From: an uncultured Spirochaetota bacterium
GTDB lineage: Bacteria > Spirochaetota > Brevinematia > Brevinematales > JAOACQ01
Direction: 5' to 3'
Assembly (NCBI GenBank): GCA_963835575.1
Contig: CAWIGG010000002.1
Coordinates: 1,981,548-2,045,547, forward strand
Length of the DNA: 64,000 nt
Numbering within the stretch: position 1 is the stretch's first letter; each line of letters starts with the position of its first letter. Below the pieces are notes generated by a model. It was not told where the DNA came from. It saw nothing but the letters and a program-made list of their open reading frames with translations, and did no database searches. Position numbers and translations under genes: made by a program. This document shows positions 20,119 through 30,703 of this stretch, in pieces.

Positions 20119-21720
20119 ATGGATAAAGAAAGTCAGAAAAGATCAAACCCGAATTATAAATGGAATGTCCTGATGGTCGTGATGATCGGGGCGTTTATGT
20201 CTGTCCTTGATTCAAGCATTGTCAATGTCTCTTTGCCTGCGATCATGTCGGACTTCGGTTCCAACATAACCGATATCGAATGGATCATGACGGGCTATAT
20301 GCTTTCTTTCGCGGCGCTGATGCCGCTGACGGCATGGTTCCGCGACAGGATCGGCTATAAATACCTCTACCTGTCAAGCCTTGCCGTATTCACAATCGGT
20401 TCTCTCCTCTGCGGAATGGCCTGGAACCTGCCGTCGCTCATTACAGCCAGGGTTATCCAGGCCCTGGGCGGGGGAGCCATCGGCCCGACTTCGATGGCGA
20501 TGATCACAGAGGTTTTTCCCCGCGAGGAACGCGGCCAGGCGCTCGGCTTCTGGGGCCTGGGGATCATAATGGGCCCGGCGATCGGTCCGACGCTCGGCGG
20601 CTACCTGACAAACACTCTCGGATGGCGCTCGATATTCCTGGTCAATCTTCCGGTCGGAATTGCCGGACTCCTGATCGGCTGGAGGGTCCTGACGAAAGAT
20701 GTTCCTCATCGCTCCACTCACAAACCGTTTGATCTCTGGGGATTTATATTTTTGACGGCTTTACTGGTCTCTCTCCTTCTCGGGATTTCCAAGGGTGAAG
20801 ACCAGGGCTGGACTTCGCCGTTCATTCTGGGCTGCTGGTCTGTCTCAATCCTCGGTTTTATAGGCTTTCTGCTTGTGGAAACCCATGTCCGGGACCGGAT
20901 CATCGACCTGAGTTTATTCAAGATACCTGTTTTCACCTCAACCATGATCGTGGCGGCAGCCCGGTCGATAGCGCTATTCGGCGGCACATTCCTTCTCCCT
21001 GTTTTTATCCAGCGCGTTATGGGCTATAATGAAATTACAAGCGGTTTGATTTTACTGCCCAGTTCGCTCGTCATGATGGCATTGATCCCCATTGCCGGCC
21101 GGCTGAGCGATAAAACGGCCCCCAGGATCCCGGTCTTAATCGGCCTGGTTTTCCTGGTCTTTTCCATGTTCATGTACCGCAATATTGACGTTACGACCAG
21201 CATTTTTAATCTGATACTTCCGACGCTTGTCCGGAGCCTGGGCTTTATCCTTCTAATGGCGCCTGTCATGACGGCAATGATGAATTCCGTCCCTCAGAGG
21301 AAAGCCGGTATGGCGTCTTCCATGATGAACATCATCCAGCAGGTGGGAGGCTCGATCGGAATAGCCATTTTCGCGACGCTTCAGGCCAACCGTTCCAATT
21401 ATCATCTCAGCATTGTCGCGCAGACTGTAAAAAACGCCAGCCCGGCCTTTACAGACGCGGCCGGGAATATCATGCATTTTGCCCACAGCCATGGGCTGAC
21501 TTACGCCAATTCAATGGCGGTCTCCTTCGGGATGCTGGTCCGGAAGCTCTCGCAGGCGGCTGTCGTTATGTCCTTCCAGGACGCGTTTATTTTCGGAGGA
21601 ATTTTAATGATACTCTCCATCCCGATTGCCTTCCTCCTGCCGTCTAAGCTCATTCCTCATTTGCCGCCGGCGGGCGTGAAGGATGAAAAGATGAAGGAAA
21701 TCGTGGTGCTTGAAGGGTAA
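20119..21720 (+). CDS. EmrB/QacA (DHA2) MFS efflux pump
   Basis: MSVLDSSIVNVSLP, ARVIQALGGG, GPAIGPTLGG, multiple TM segments. Confidence 0.93.
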   Translation: MDKESQKRSNPNYKWNVLMVVMIGAFMSVLDSSIVNVSLPAIMSDFGSNITDIEWIMTGYMLSFAALMPLTAWFRDRIGYKYLYLSSLAVFTIGSLLCGMAWNLPSLITARVIQALGGGAIGPTSMAMITEVFPREERGQALGFWGLGIIMGPAIGPTLGGYLTNTLGWRSIFLVNLPVGIAGLLIGWRVLTKDVPHRSTHKPFDLWGFIFLTALLVSLLLGISKGEDQGWTSPFILGCWSVSILGFIGFLLVETHVRDRIIDLSLFKIPVFTSTMIVAAARSIALFGGTFLLPVFIQRVMGYNEITSGLILLPSSLVMMALIPIAGRLSDKTAPRIPVLIGLVFLVFSMFMYRNIDVTTSIFNLILPTLVRSLGFILLMAPVMTAMMNSVPQRKAGMASSMMNIIQQVGGSIGIAIFATLQANRSNYHLSIVAQTVKNASPAFTDAAGNIMHFAHSHGLTYANSMAVSFGMLVRKLSQAAVVMSFQDAFIFGGILMILSIPIAFLLPSKLIPHLPPAGVKDEKMKEIVVLEG

Positions 21721-21858
21721 AGCAAAACCAAAAATAGAGTTTTTGGTTTTGCCCATTCATATGTCTTTAATTTTACAAAAGCCCGGAACCGCGCGGGGGT
21801 GATCTGCATACTCAGCGGTTCCAAGAATCCGCACAATTTTTTAAAAAGAGGTGAATTT

Positions 21859-23226
21859 ATGAATAGATGGATTATAAGCCTGATCATAATCGGCTTATCC
21901 GGTTTAAGCTACGGGGAAATTAGGACCCTGACGGTCAGTAATACCGTCGAGCTTGCACTGCAGAATAACCTTCAGCTTCAACAGGCTGAAAAAGATATGA
22001 AGATTGCCGAAGCGCAGTATAACGGAAGTAAATCCGATTTCTGGATGCCGGGCATCAATCTTTCGGGAAATTATACCTATATCGACCCGAATACGGTTTC
22101 CAACAGCGTGATTTCACTCCCTGTACCGCTTGCCGTGTATGTCAAACCCGGCGTTACGGTGCCGTATTACATTTCCGCGCAGACAGTTTACGGCGATAAT
22201 TATTCCTCGTCTTTATCCATTACAAAACCCTTGTTCGCAGGGTTCAGGCTCTGGAACTCAATGGAAATGAAGAGGCTTAATCTTGAAATGACAAAAGCGA
22301 AATATGATGATGCCCGAAAACAGGTTGCGGCATACATTACCACATCTTTTTATAATTTATTCCTTCTGAAAGAGAAAATCAATCTGACGGCAGACCTGAA
22401 CAGAAATTTGAAAAACAGGCTTGATTACACGACGGATAATTTTAAGGCCGGCGCCGTATCAAAGTTCGATATGATCCGCGCCGAAGTCGCCTATAAGCAT
22501 TATCAGCCGGTCCTGGAAAAGCTGACTAATGTTTACATCGCCGCAAAAATGGATTTCTGCAATTCCATCGGACAGAAAGATTATGAAAACATCGAATTTA
22601 TCGGCAGCCTTATGGACTCAACAAATATGCTGATAGATGTCACTGTAGATGAGGCCATTCCCTTGACCCTTTCAAACGACATCAGCATGATAAGCCTTGA
22701 CTTTACTATTAAGACATTGAAATTAGCCAAAGATATTGCCTCTTCGGCCGGTTATCCCGTCGTCTCCGCGTTTTTCAATGATAAATACGCCTATGGGATG
22801 GAAAATTTCATCGCCACAAACAGGTCCTGGTTTAATTCCTGGACAGCCGGGATCCAGGTTTCCATTCCGCTGGACTCGCTGCTGCCTGTGTCAAAAGCCG
22901 CTTATAACGCAGATGAGGCTGAACAGAACATTAAGAAAATGGAATTGGCAAAAGAGCAGCTTTCCGACGGGATAACACTGCAGGTCAGGAATTTATTTAT
23001 GACGATCGATCAGGCGAAAAACTCGATTGACAGCCAGTATGATACATTAAACCAGTCTAAATTGGGGCTGGAAATAGCCAACAACCGCTATAAGGAAGGC
23101 ACTTCATCACTGCTGGATGTCACCGACGCCGAGGTCAGCTATGCCCAGTCACAGGTCGATTATCTGCAGGCCATTTATGATTATTTTTCCAGCGTCATTC
23201 AATTGAAGAGATTAACGGGAAAATGA
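21859..23226 (+). CDS. TolC-family outer-membrane efflux protein
   Basis: Signal peptide from the ATG at 21859 (RBS GAGGTG); LALQNN, RYKEGTSSLLDVTDAE OEP repeats. Confidence 0.88.
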   Translation: MNRWIISLIIIGLSGLSYGEIRTLTVSNTVELALQNNLQLQQAEKDMKIAEAQYNGSKSDFWMPGINLSGNYTYIDPNTVSNSVISLPVPLAVYVKPGVTVPYYISAQTVYGDNYSSSLSITKPLFAGFRLWNSMEMKRLNLEMTKAKYDDARKQVAAYITTSFYNLFLLKEKINLTADLNRNLKNRLDYTTDNFKAGAVSKFDMIRAEVAYKHYQPVLEKLTNVYIAAKMDFCNSIGQKDYENIEFIGSLMDSTNMLIDVTVDEAIPLTLSNDISMISLDFTIKTLKLAKDIASSAGYPVVSAFFNDKYAYGMENFIATNRSWFNSWTAGIQVSIPLDSLLPVSKAAYNADEAEQNIKKMELAKEQLSDGITLQVRNLFMTIDQAKNSIDSQYDTLNQSKLGLEIANNRYKEGTSSLLDVTDAEVSYAQSQVDYLQAIYDYFSSVIQLKRLTGK

Positions 23227-23307
23227 TTTTCCCATCTTCTTATACTGGATTTCAAATCCGCCTGATTTTTTATGCATATTAATTTCTAATTCATGACATT
23301 GAATCTT

Positions 23308-23523
23308 CCGCGAAGACACGCGAAGTCACGCTAATGTTAATTTTCCTTTAAAGACCTTCGAGGTCATTCACTATTCTAAATTTATTCGCGTTAATTTGTG
23401 TTATTCGTTTTTTTCCGTTCCTACTTCGCTTTCATTAGCGTGTATTAGCGGATTACCCCCGCTGACCCTGGGTCTCTGTGAAACTTGCGGCGTGGGCTCA
23501 CCAGCCAAGCTTGCCGAATCCAT
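23308..23523. repeat. REPIN-like element with 9-10-nt subrepeats plus a GCTTGCCGAATCC REP motif
   Basis: CCGCGAAGACACGCGAAGTCACGCTAAT ... ATTAGCGTGTATTAGCGG inverted arms. Confidence 0.6.
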
Positions 23524-23651
23524 ATGCGGTTAATTTAAAACACCCCTCATGTTATTAAAACCCTTTGCCGAAAATATGGGAGTCAAATTAAATCTTGCTT
23601 GACCCGTTTAAATAGTGATGTCATAATTAAGTATTAAAAGAAAGGAATAAT

Positions 23652-25151
23652 ATGGATATAGCGACTTATACTGATTCGATCAAGCAGGCTGTGCTTAAAA
23701 ACGAGCCTGTTGAATACCGGTTTGAATATATTACCCAGGATGAATCGGAATTCATTGTCGAAGCTCTCAGCGTCATTTTACAGGAAATCAAAAAATCCCA
23801 TCTCATCGAGGAAATATCCTACTTTCTCCGCGAGTTTGTCACCAATGCCAATAAATCCAATCTTAAAAGGGTTTATTTCAAATTCCTCAGCCTCAATATT
23901 GAAAACCCGAATAACTACCAGCAGGGTATGCAGACATTCGCGAAAGACCTTCATGATAAGCTCAATCTGCTCAGCCGGGATTTTAATAAATACTCCCTTT
24001 ATACAAAGGTAAACTATCATGTAAAAAAGAATGTCCTGACGATCACCGTCAAAAACAGCAATATTCCCACTCCCCAGGAAATGGATAGAATAAAAACTAT
24101 GATCAAAGAGTCCAAACATATCCGCGATATAGCCGAGGCGTACCAGAACCTTTCCGACACTACTGAAGGCACGGGCCTGGGTTTGATATCCTCAATGCTG
24201 ATGCTCAGGAGCATGGGACTGGATGAAAGCGCCTATAAAATCTCTCTGGATGAAAATAACCGCGAGACTATTGTCTCCGTAGACATTTTAATGGATTCAG
24301 TGACGGAGATGCAGGTCAGCTTTATTTCCGACCTGATCTTTAATGAGATCGGGGTCCTGCCTGTTTTTCCCGAAAAGTTAAACCAGCTCCAGAAAATGCT
24401 TTCAGACGAGGATATCGCCTTTTCCAAAGTGGCCGCAGTCATACATGGCGATGTTTCCTTAACAGCCGAGCTTCTCCGTATCGTGAATTCGGCGCAGTAC
24501 ATGCTGCCTCAAAAAGTCAGCAACATCACAAACGCCATTTCTCTCATCGGTGTAAAGGGTTTGAAAAGCCTTCTCTATTCCTACGGCACCCAGAATATAC
24601 TCACGCAGAAATTCGGAAAAATGGACGAGATATGGGGGCATGCATACCGGGTCGCCTCCTATGCCTATCATCTGGCGAACGATATGAAACGGAAAGACCT
24701 GCAGGATGACGCCTATATCGGGGGCATTCTGCATGACATGGGCAAAATCATCGCCATTACAGCGTATCCGGGTATGATGGAAAAAATCGATACACACTGC
24801 TCTGATAAAGGGATCAACGGCAATATGATCGAAAGGCTTGCGATGGGAATCTCCCATGCCAAAATCGGCGCCGAAATAGCGCGCCACTGGAATTTTCCTG
24901 ATACCATTGTAGACGTTCTGAGCTATCACCATCAGCCGCTTCTGGCGCCGGATGAGACAAAGGACATTGTTTACCTTGTTTACCTGTCCAATATCCTGGC
25001 CCATATCCAGGACGGGAATTTCTATTTTTCGCTTATTGAAAAAGACGTCCTCAAGCAGTTCCATATCAAAACAAAGAAAGAACTCATAGCTCTTGAAAAA
25101 ACCCTGGACAGATATTACCAGGAACAGGTCAAAAAAGCCAGTACGATGTAG
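23652..25151 (+). CDS. HDOD domain protein with an N-terminal HATPase-like domain
   Basis: LREFVTNANK, GTGLGL; LRIVNSA, GILHDMGK, SHAKIGAEIARHWNFP, YHHQP. Confidence 0.85.
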   Translation: MDIATYTDSIKQAVLKNEPVEYRFEYITQDESEFIVEALSVILQEIKKSHLIEEISYFLREFVTNANKSNLKRVYFKFLSLNIENPNNYQQGMQTFAKDLHDKLNLLSRDFNKYSLYTKVNYHVKKNVLTITVKNSNIPTPQEMDRIKTMIKESKHIRDIAEAYQNLSDTTEGTGLGLISSMLMLRSMGLDESAYKISLDENNRETIVSVDILMDSVTEMQVSFISDLIFNEIGVLPVFPEKLNQLQKMLSDEDIAFSKVAAVIHGDVSLTAELLRIVNSAQYMLPQKVSNITNAISLIGVKGLKSLLYSYGTQNILTQKFGKMDEIWGHAYRVASYAYHLANDMKRKDLQDDAYIGGILHDMGKIIAITAYPGMMEKIDTHCSDKGINGNMIERLAMGISHAKIGAEIARHWNFPDTIVDVLSYHHQPLLAPDETKDIVYLVYLSNILAHIQDGNFYFSLIEKDVLKQFHIKTKKELIALEKTLDRYYQEQVKKASTM

Positions 25152-25536
25152 TTCTATCTGTCAGGGCTGCCCTGAATACCAAGACACAAGGGCACTAAGA
25201 TCACCAACTTTGGGTTTTATTTTTAATACCTCATATTTCTTTGTAGACCTTCGTAACCGGAGCCTGTTCCAATCGAAAGTGATGAATACTCTTCGTGGTT
25301 ATCTTCCATACATTTTTTTACAATTATTTTATACACTTATATTTCTTTTCAGAAGGGCAGATTTAGTTGTTTTTCGAAATAACATCTTTTTTGAAAGGAA
25401 TAATATCGAAATCATATTCTTTTTTCTAAAAACTAAGCGCCTAAGAATACTAACTTTGAATTTTATATTTATTACTGAAATTCTCTGGCGTCTTTTTTAA
25501 AAACCGCTCCCGTTCCCGGTGTTTCCGTAGATAATT

Positions 25537-25758
25537 TCAATACATTTTGCTGATTTTATTTTTTTGTTTCTTTCTTGTTATTTCATTAAAAATATCTTCA
25601 ATACTGTACCGGTCCTGCCATTTATAACGGTCTTTTGTATAATTGCCGTAACCGGAATTTAATTCCTGTATAAACCGGATCATGCCGATAGGACCGAGAC
25701 TTTTATTGAGCGCCTCAATACCCTTTTCCCTGATTTCTTCTATACTTAAAAGTTTCAT
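25537..25758 (-). CDS. Small putative antitoxin downstream of the PIN toxin
   Basis: MKLLSIEEIREKGIEALNKSLGPIGMIRFIQELNSGYGNYTKDR; ATGA overlap with the PIN gene. Confidence 0.75.
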   Translation of the reverse strand: MKLLSIEEIREKGIEALNKSLGPIGMIRFIQELNSGYGNYTKDRYKWQDRYSIEDIFNEITRKKQKNKISKMY

Positions 25759-26207
25759 AGATTTTCCTCCACCCATGTTAACGGGTTTTGTATCTTCACA
25801 TTTATCTTATTCTTAAATCTATTATAAATCATAACAATATTATCATCAGTTGTAAGAAAACTATCAATAAAGCCGTATTCGGAGGATGATATATGTAACG
25901 CGTCGAATGATTTAAATCCAAATTTTTTTAATTCCTCAGCCCGTTTTCTAATTTTATCATTTATTTTAATAATCTCCTTAAAATACCTGATATAACCTTT
26001 AAGCTGTGTTTTTCTTACAAAATTCGGCGTCTTTTGAATCTCAAATAAACTAATATCGCTTGCCAAAAGATGAATTTTATCATTTTGGGCCCACTTAACT
26101 ATAATTAAAACGGCTTCGGACTCCATTCTTATACGGTCTGAATTCTGATCATCAAAAGGCCTGTTTAAACAGCAATTATCAAGGTAGATTCTTTTTCCAT
26201 TACTCAT
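25755..26207 (-). CDS. PIN-domain (VapC-like) ribonuclease toxin
   Basis: IYLDNCCLNRPFDDQ, FDALHI, FLTTDD. Confidence 0.88.
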   Translation of the reverse strand: MSNGKRIYLDNCCLNRPFDDQNSDRIRMESEAVLIIVKWAQNDKIHLLASDISLFEIQKTPNFVRKTQLKGYIRYFKEIIKINDKIRKRAEELKKFGFKSFDALHISSSEYGFIDSFLTTDDNIVMIYNRFKNKINVKIQNPLTWVEENL

Positions 26208-26263
26208 ATAAATATGTTAAAAATCTTATATGTTTAAGTCAAATAATTACTTAAAAGTGTTTG

Positions 26264-26334
26264 CCGCAGAGGCACAAAGCGCACGGAGATTTTTCTTTTT
26301 TGTGTTTTCCTCTGTGTACTTCGTGTCTCCGCGG
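26264..26334. repeat. REPIN-like inverted element with ~9-nt subrepeats
   Basis: CCGCAGAGGCACAAAGCGCACGGAG ... CTCTGTGTACTTCGTGTCTCCGCGG. Confidence 0.7.
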
Positions 26335-26425
26335 TTATAAAATATTGATTAGAATGTTGTACGAATAAAAAGAAAAACTTATAATTAAATTGTATTTAAA
26401 AATACTACGGTATAAGAGGCTCATT

Positions 26426-27175
26426 ATGGACAATGAAAAAAAGATCATTAAACAGGGAAGGGATTTTCTGAAAACTTACTGGGACATGCTGGACGACATC
26501 AAAACCGATCAGCAAAAAGGCAAAGAAGTACCGGAACAGCAGAAGCCCTATCTTAAAGACGGCATCACCATTCCGCTTATTCCGCCTGAAAAATTCAATT
26601 TAGGAAAAATGCCGTTGATCGATGTCATTCTGAAAAGGCAAAGCCGCAGGAAATATATAAATAATCCTTTAACCCTTGAGGAATTATCTTTTCTTCTCTA
26701 TTCCACACAGGGAATAAAGAAATATACTGCCAAATACTCGTTCCGCACGGTCCCTTCAGGCGGCGCCCGACACAGCTTTGAGACATATCTTTACATTGAC
26801 AAAGTCAAAGAAATTAATAAAGGCCTTTACCGCTATCTGCCTCTGGAACACCGGCTCTATCAAATAAAAGCTTCTCAGGATATGTACAGCGTATTGAATG
26901 AAGCCCTGCAGGGCCAATACTGGAACGCGGCCGTTGTGTTCATATGGGCCACAATTCCATACAGAACTGAATGGAGATATTCTATTGTAGCCCATAAAAT
27001 CATCGCCATTGACGCGGGCCATGTCTGCGAGAACCTCTATCTTGCAGGCGAATCGATCGGCTGCAGCGTGTGCGCGATCGGCGCTTATGATCAGAAAAAG
27101 ATGGATGAATTTCTTGAGGTTGACGGCAATGATGAGTTTACGATCTACGCTGCCACAGTCGGGAAAGTCGATTAA
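26426..27175 (+). CDS. SagB/ThcOx-type nitroreductase-family protein
   Basis: RQSRRKY, LSFLL, RTVPSGGARH, DAGHVCENLYL. Confidence 0.9.
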   Translation: MDNEKKIIKQGRDFLKTYWDMLDDIKTDQQKGKEVPEQQKPYLKDGITIPLIPPEKFNLGKMPLIDVILKRQSRRKYINNPLTLEELSFLLYSTQGIKKYTAKYSFRTVPSGGARHSFETYLYIDKVKEINKGLYRYLPLEHRLYQIKASQDMYSVLNEALQGQYWNAAVVFIWATIPYRTEWRYSIVAHKIIAIDAGHVCENLYLAGESIGCSVCAIGAYDQKKMDEFLEVDGNDEFTIYAATVGKVD

Positions 27176-27189
27176 AAAGGAGGTTGTTT

Positions 27190-27717
27190 ATGAAAGAAAT
27201 TTTTCTATCTTATGCCAAATACAACAAGGCCGCTAATGAGGAAATGCTCAAGCTGATAGAACCCCTGGACCGGGAAATAATCATGCGGAAAACAAAGGCG
27301 TTCTATCCTTCCATTTTCGACACATTGTCTCATATTCTTTTTACCGATATTAACTGGATCAAGAGATTTAAAGAGGTTTTCACGGACAATCAATTACTGA
27401 ATAAAACTCATTTCGCTTCAATGGAAACAGAAAATCTCAAAAAAGAACTGGGCCTGGAATATACAAGACTGTTTCAATGCAGGAAAGAACTGGATGAAAT
27501 TATACTGCAGTTTATCGACGGGCTGGATGATGAAAAACTGGGTTCCGCAGTATCGCTCCGATTTAAAAACCCCTCGGGCGATTTTCTGAATATTGTATTA
27601 TGGAAAGCATTGATTCAGTGGTTCAATCATCAGACGCACCACCGGGGACAGGTTTCCATTCAGCTGGATATGGTTGAAGTCTATAATGATTATTCTTCAT
27701 TTTTGAAAAAAACATGA
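27190..27717 (+). CDS. DinB-family protein
   Basis: YNKAAN, SIFDTLSHI, FNHQTHHRGQ. Confidence 0.88.
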   Translation: MKEIFLSYAKYNKAANEEMLKLIEPLDREIIMRKTKAFYPSIFDTLSHILFTDINWIKRFKEVFTDNQLLNKTHFASMETENLKKELGLEYTRLFQCRKELDEIILQFIDGLDDEKLGSAVSLRFKNPSGDFLNIVLWKALIQWFNHQTHHRGQVSIQLDMVEVYNDYSSFLKKT

Positions 27718-27761
27718 TAAAACCTGAATTGAGCAATATTTTTGCTTAAGCTTATTAATAG

Positions 27762-27812
27762 CCCAGCACCACTTTGTTTGCTTAATGGTTGGCATATCAA
27801 AGTGGTGCTGGG
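27762..27812. repeat. Hairpin CCCAGCACCACTTTG...CAAAGTGGTGCTGGG (second copy at 46099-46142)
   Basis: Identical 15-bp arms at two loci with different loops. Confidence 0.75.
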
Positions 27813-27874
27813 AATTATATATGCTATAGATAAATAAAAATAATCCCGGCCAGTATTTTTTTTGGAGGTTCATT

Positions 27875-28540
27875 ATGATAAAAATCTGGAAAACCGCCTC
27901 GATCGCTCTTTTTTGTTTATCAGGCTTGTTAATTGCCTGTACATCGATTGAAAAATTTTCGGCTTCCGTTTCCTATTTTACCGGGGATGTATTGATTAAC
28001 GGAGAAGCGGTTAAAGCCGGGCAATCCTTGCCGGCTGTCTTTGTTATAAGGACCGGAACAAACTCTGTCTGCGAAATTATATTCAACGATAAAAACATAC
28101 TTCATTTCACGGAAAATTGCGATGCCACTCTGGACCTGGCCTCACCCCTGAAATCAATCTCTCTAAGAAACGGCGGTATGGGAAGCGTCCTGAAAGGCCT
28201 GAATCCATCTAAAAACGGCGACGCGCCGCTTTTTAAAATCGAGACATCCACAGCCGCCGCAGCCGTCAGGGGAACAACCTTTTTTGTACAGGTTGAGGAT
28301 GAAACCAATACCTATATCTGCGACTGCAACGGCGTACTGGACATGAGCGATGAGGCCGGGAAAAACACGATGAAAATCGAATCGGCCCATCATAAAGCCT
28401 TCCGTTTCGGCAAAAGCGAGAAAGGTTCTTATTATGAAAACGCCGGCCTCCTGTATCATGATGATCCCGGGGTAAATGACCTGGCCAAAAAAATCGGCGT
28501 GACGATCGACTGGACAAAGCCGGATAAAAAGCCTTATTAA
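27875..28540 (+). CDS. FecR-domain lipoprotein
   Basis: Lipobox LIAC; IRTGTNS, TSTAAAAVRGTTF. Confidence 0.82.
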   Translation: MIKIWKTASIALFCLSGLLIACTSIEKFSASVSYFTGDVLINGEAVKAGQSLPAVFVIRTGTNSVCEIIFNDKNILHFTENCDATLDLASPLKSISLRNGGMGSVLKGLNPSKNGDAPLFKIETSTAAAAVRGTTFFVQVEDETNTYICDCNGVLDMSDEAGKNTMKIESAHHKAFRFGKSEKGSYYENAGLLYHDDPGVNDLAKKIGVTIDWTKPDKKPY

Positions 28541-28550
28541 AGGAGTTTTT

Positions 28551-29072
28551 ATGCCTCGAAAAGTTTTCCTGTATATCGCTTCCAGCCTGGACGGCTATAT
28601 CGCCCGCACTGACGGGAGCATTGACTGGCTGGAAACAGACGAGCATCTCGGCTATGAGGAATTCTACCAGGCTGTCGATACAATAATCGTCGGAAGAAAG
28701 ACTTACGATCAGGCTCTCACTTTCGGCGAGTTTCCTTACAAAGGGAAAAAATGCTTCGTATTTTCCAGAAAAACAAAAAAAAAGGACCCGTATGCCGAAT
28801 TTATCAATGAAGATGTCAAAATATTTTCAGAGCGCTTGAAAAAAGCGGACGGGCGGGCAATCTGGCTTGTCGGCGGCGCCCGATTGATCAAGGCCTTTTA
28901 TGAAAACGACCTGATCGATGAATACATCATAACGGTTCTTCCGGTCATTCTAGGGAACGGGATACCGCTTTTTGAAAAGACGGATGCCGAAAGGAAAGTC
29001 CGCCTTGTTGATATCAAAAAGCATCGTAACGGCTTTGTCGAACTGAGATATTCAAAATTAGGAGAAAAATAA
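28551..29072 (+). CDS. Dihydrofolate reductase-like (RibD C-terminal) protein
   Basis: IASSLDGYIA, GRKTY, IWLVGGA, PVILGNGIPLF. Confidence 0.9.
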   Translation: MPRKVFLYIASSLDGYIARTDGSIDWLETDEHLGYEEFYQAVDTIIVGRKTYDQALTFGEFPYKGKKCFVFSRKTKKKDPYAEFINEDVKIFSERLKKADGRAIWLVGGARLIKAFYENDLIDEYIITVLPVILGNGIPLFEKTDAERKVRLVDIKKHRNGFVELRYSKLGEK

Positions 29073-29075
29073 ATT

Positions 29076-29267
29076 ATGGATGGAACTGTACGCTCCCGGA
29101 TCAAACCCGGATTAAAAGTCGCCATTGTCCTGAAAAAAGACCAGCCGACAGGCGCGCTCACAGAAGGCATCGTCAGGGATATTCTGACCAGTTCGCCGAC
29201 TCACCCGCATGGCATCAAGGTCCGGCTGGAGAACGGCGAAGTCGGAAGAGTGAAGCAGATTTTATAA
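29076..29267 (+). CDS. YwbE-family protein (DUF2196)
   Basis: IVLKKDQPTGALTEGIVRDILTSSPTHPHGIKVRL. Confidence 0.88.
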   Translation: MDGTVRSRIKPGLKVAIVLKKDQPTGALTEGIVRDILTSSPTHPHGIKVRLENGEVGRVKQIL

Positions 29268-29279
29268 CATCAGTGCTTA

Positions 29280-29765
29280 ATATCTCTTGCAAAGCTTGCA
29301 CTGAGCCCTGCCGAATGCGGCGCAAAACCCGCAAAGAATGTATCGACCCCAATTCCACGCGGATTTGCGCGGATGAAGCAGATTTACACAGATTAGAATA
29401 ATGTATATAAGAAAAATTCCGTATTACATTACTCACAACCTTCCAGACGGTCTTCCCCAATTTCCTTCTTTGCGCCCTCTGCGACTTTGCGTGAACATTC
29501 AATTCACGTTTTCCCCGTTATCAGCACCTCTGCGGTGAATTAAATACTTTTACTAACCAACTTTCTCGTAAAAATTATAAATCCTCATAAACTTGTGGTG
29601 AGCCTGCCGAATCCATCCGTCTCATCTGTGCTAATCCGTGTGAATAATCGGATATTATAAAAAAGAATCATTTTATAAAATCCTTAATCTTATAAAAACT
29701 TCAGTATTAAACCATTTTTATTCCCATTTTCCCAGTCCTTTGCGACCTCTGCGTCTTTACGTGAT
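29280..29765. repeat. Composite cluster of nested REP/REPIN-like elements
   Basis: Arms such as CTTTGCGCCCTCTGCGACTTTGCGTG, CTTTGCGACCTCTGCGTCTTTACGTG, CACGCGGATTTGCGCGGAT, and TGAGCC(C)TGCCGAA motifs. Confidence 0.6.
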
Positions 29766-29811
29766 TGATCCCTCAAAAGCATACAGAAAGTCATCTTCAG
29801 AATAATTTAAC

Positions 29812-30567
29812 TTATTTCTGTTTCAGCATCAGGATATTGATCAGCATCTTGAGATGGTTCAGCCTGAGGGCGGACATTTCAATACCCACATCCGTGTCGC
29901 CATGGCTCTGCATTTTTTCCATGTTCTCCTGCGCGATACTTTCTCCCGATACAAGGTATTCAAGCCCTTTCATTTTCGCCCCGGTATTCGTCCTTTCTTT
30001 TATGAAGAAGTCAATCAGATTGTCCACATTGTCCAGACGGAAATGGTCCTCTCCCGTAAAAACCTTTTTTATGACCCCGCTTTCAAAAAGCCCCTCGAAT
30101 ATTTTCTTTGTATTGAATTCCGACTCTTTCAGAGTGAATACGATCTGATCATACTGCTGAGCGACCTCGCTGTCGATCAATTCCCTGTCGGAATCGGACA
30201 GTATGCCGTTCGATTTCTGGAGCAGAAGCTCGCGTATCCTCTGCAGGATTTCAATGATATTCCCCAGGATGGCATCCTGGTATTTATAATAGGAGATCAT
30301 ATCGGACTGGTTCTCAATATCCTTTCCAAAAGCCCGGATATGCTTCTCGAGCTGTTCATAGATGGCATAATTGGCCGGGTCGTCAACCAGGAGTATTTTT
30401 CCCTGGGACAGGCGATTGATATTTTTATCATATTCATGCTCGGTACCGCTCAGGATCCGGTTCAGGAAAGTCAGCGAAGAATTTTCGGCGAAAAGGACCG
30501 ATGATGAAACAAGTAAAATTAATATCATTATAATTTTATAAATGAAATACCTGATAAAATAAATCAT
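29812..30567 (-). CDS. Flagellin-like protein with an apparent N-terminal signal peptide
   Basis: RLSQG..DDPA, ILQRIRELLLQKSNGILSDSDR, EFNTKKIF (flagellin N-terminal domain); ERTNTGAKM..LE, DTDVGIEM (C-terminal domain). Confidence 0.8.
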   Translation of the reverse strand: MIYFIRYFIYKIIMILILLVSSSVLFAENSSLTFLNRILSGTEHEYDKNINRLSQGKILLVDDPANYAIYEQLEKHIRAFGKDIENQSDMISYYKYQDAILGNIIEILQRIRELLLQKSNGILSDSDRELIDSEVAQQYDQIVFTLKESEFNTKKIFEGLFESGVIKKVFTGEDHFRLDNVDNLIDFFIKERTNTGAKMKGLEYLVSGESIAQENMEKMQSHGDTDVGIEMSALRLNHLKMLINILMLKQK

Positions 30568-30703
30568 GCTGTCTTTAATCCTCCCCTTTAATAATAATTA
30601 ATAATGAAAATGAATACAATACTTTTAAGAATTATTTTTTTTATTTTGACAAAAAGGCGAATTATTCATAAATTTATATATAGGCAAAAAAGGAGGCTGT
30701 ATT

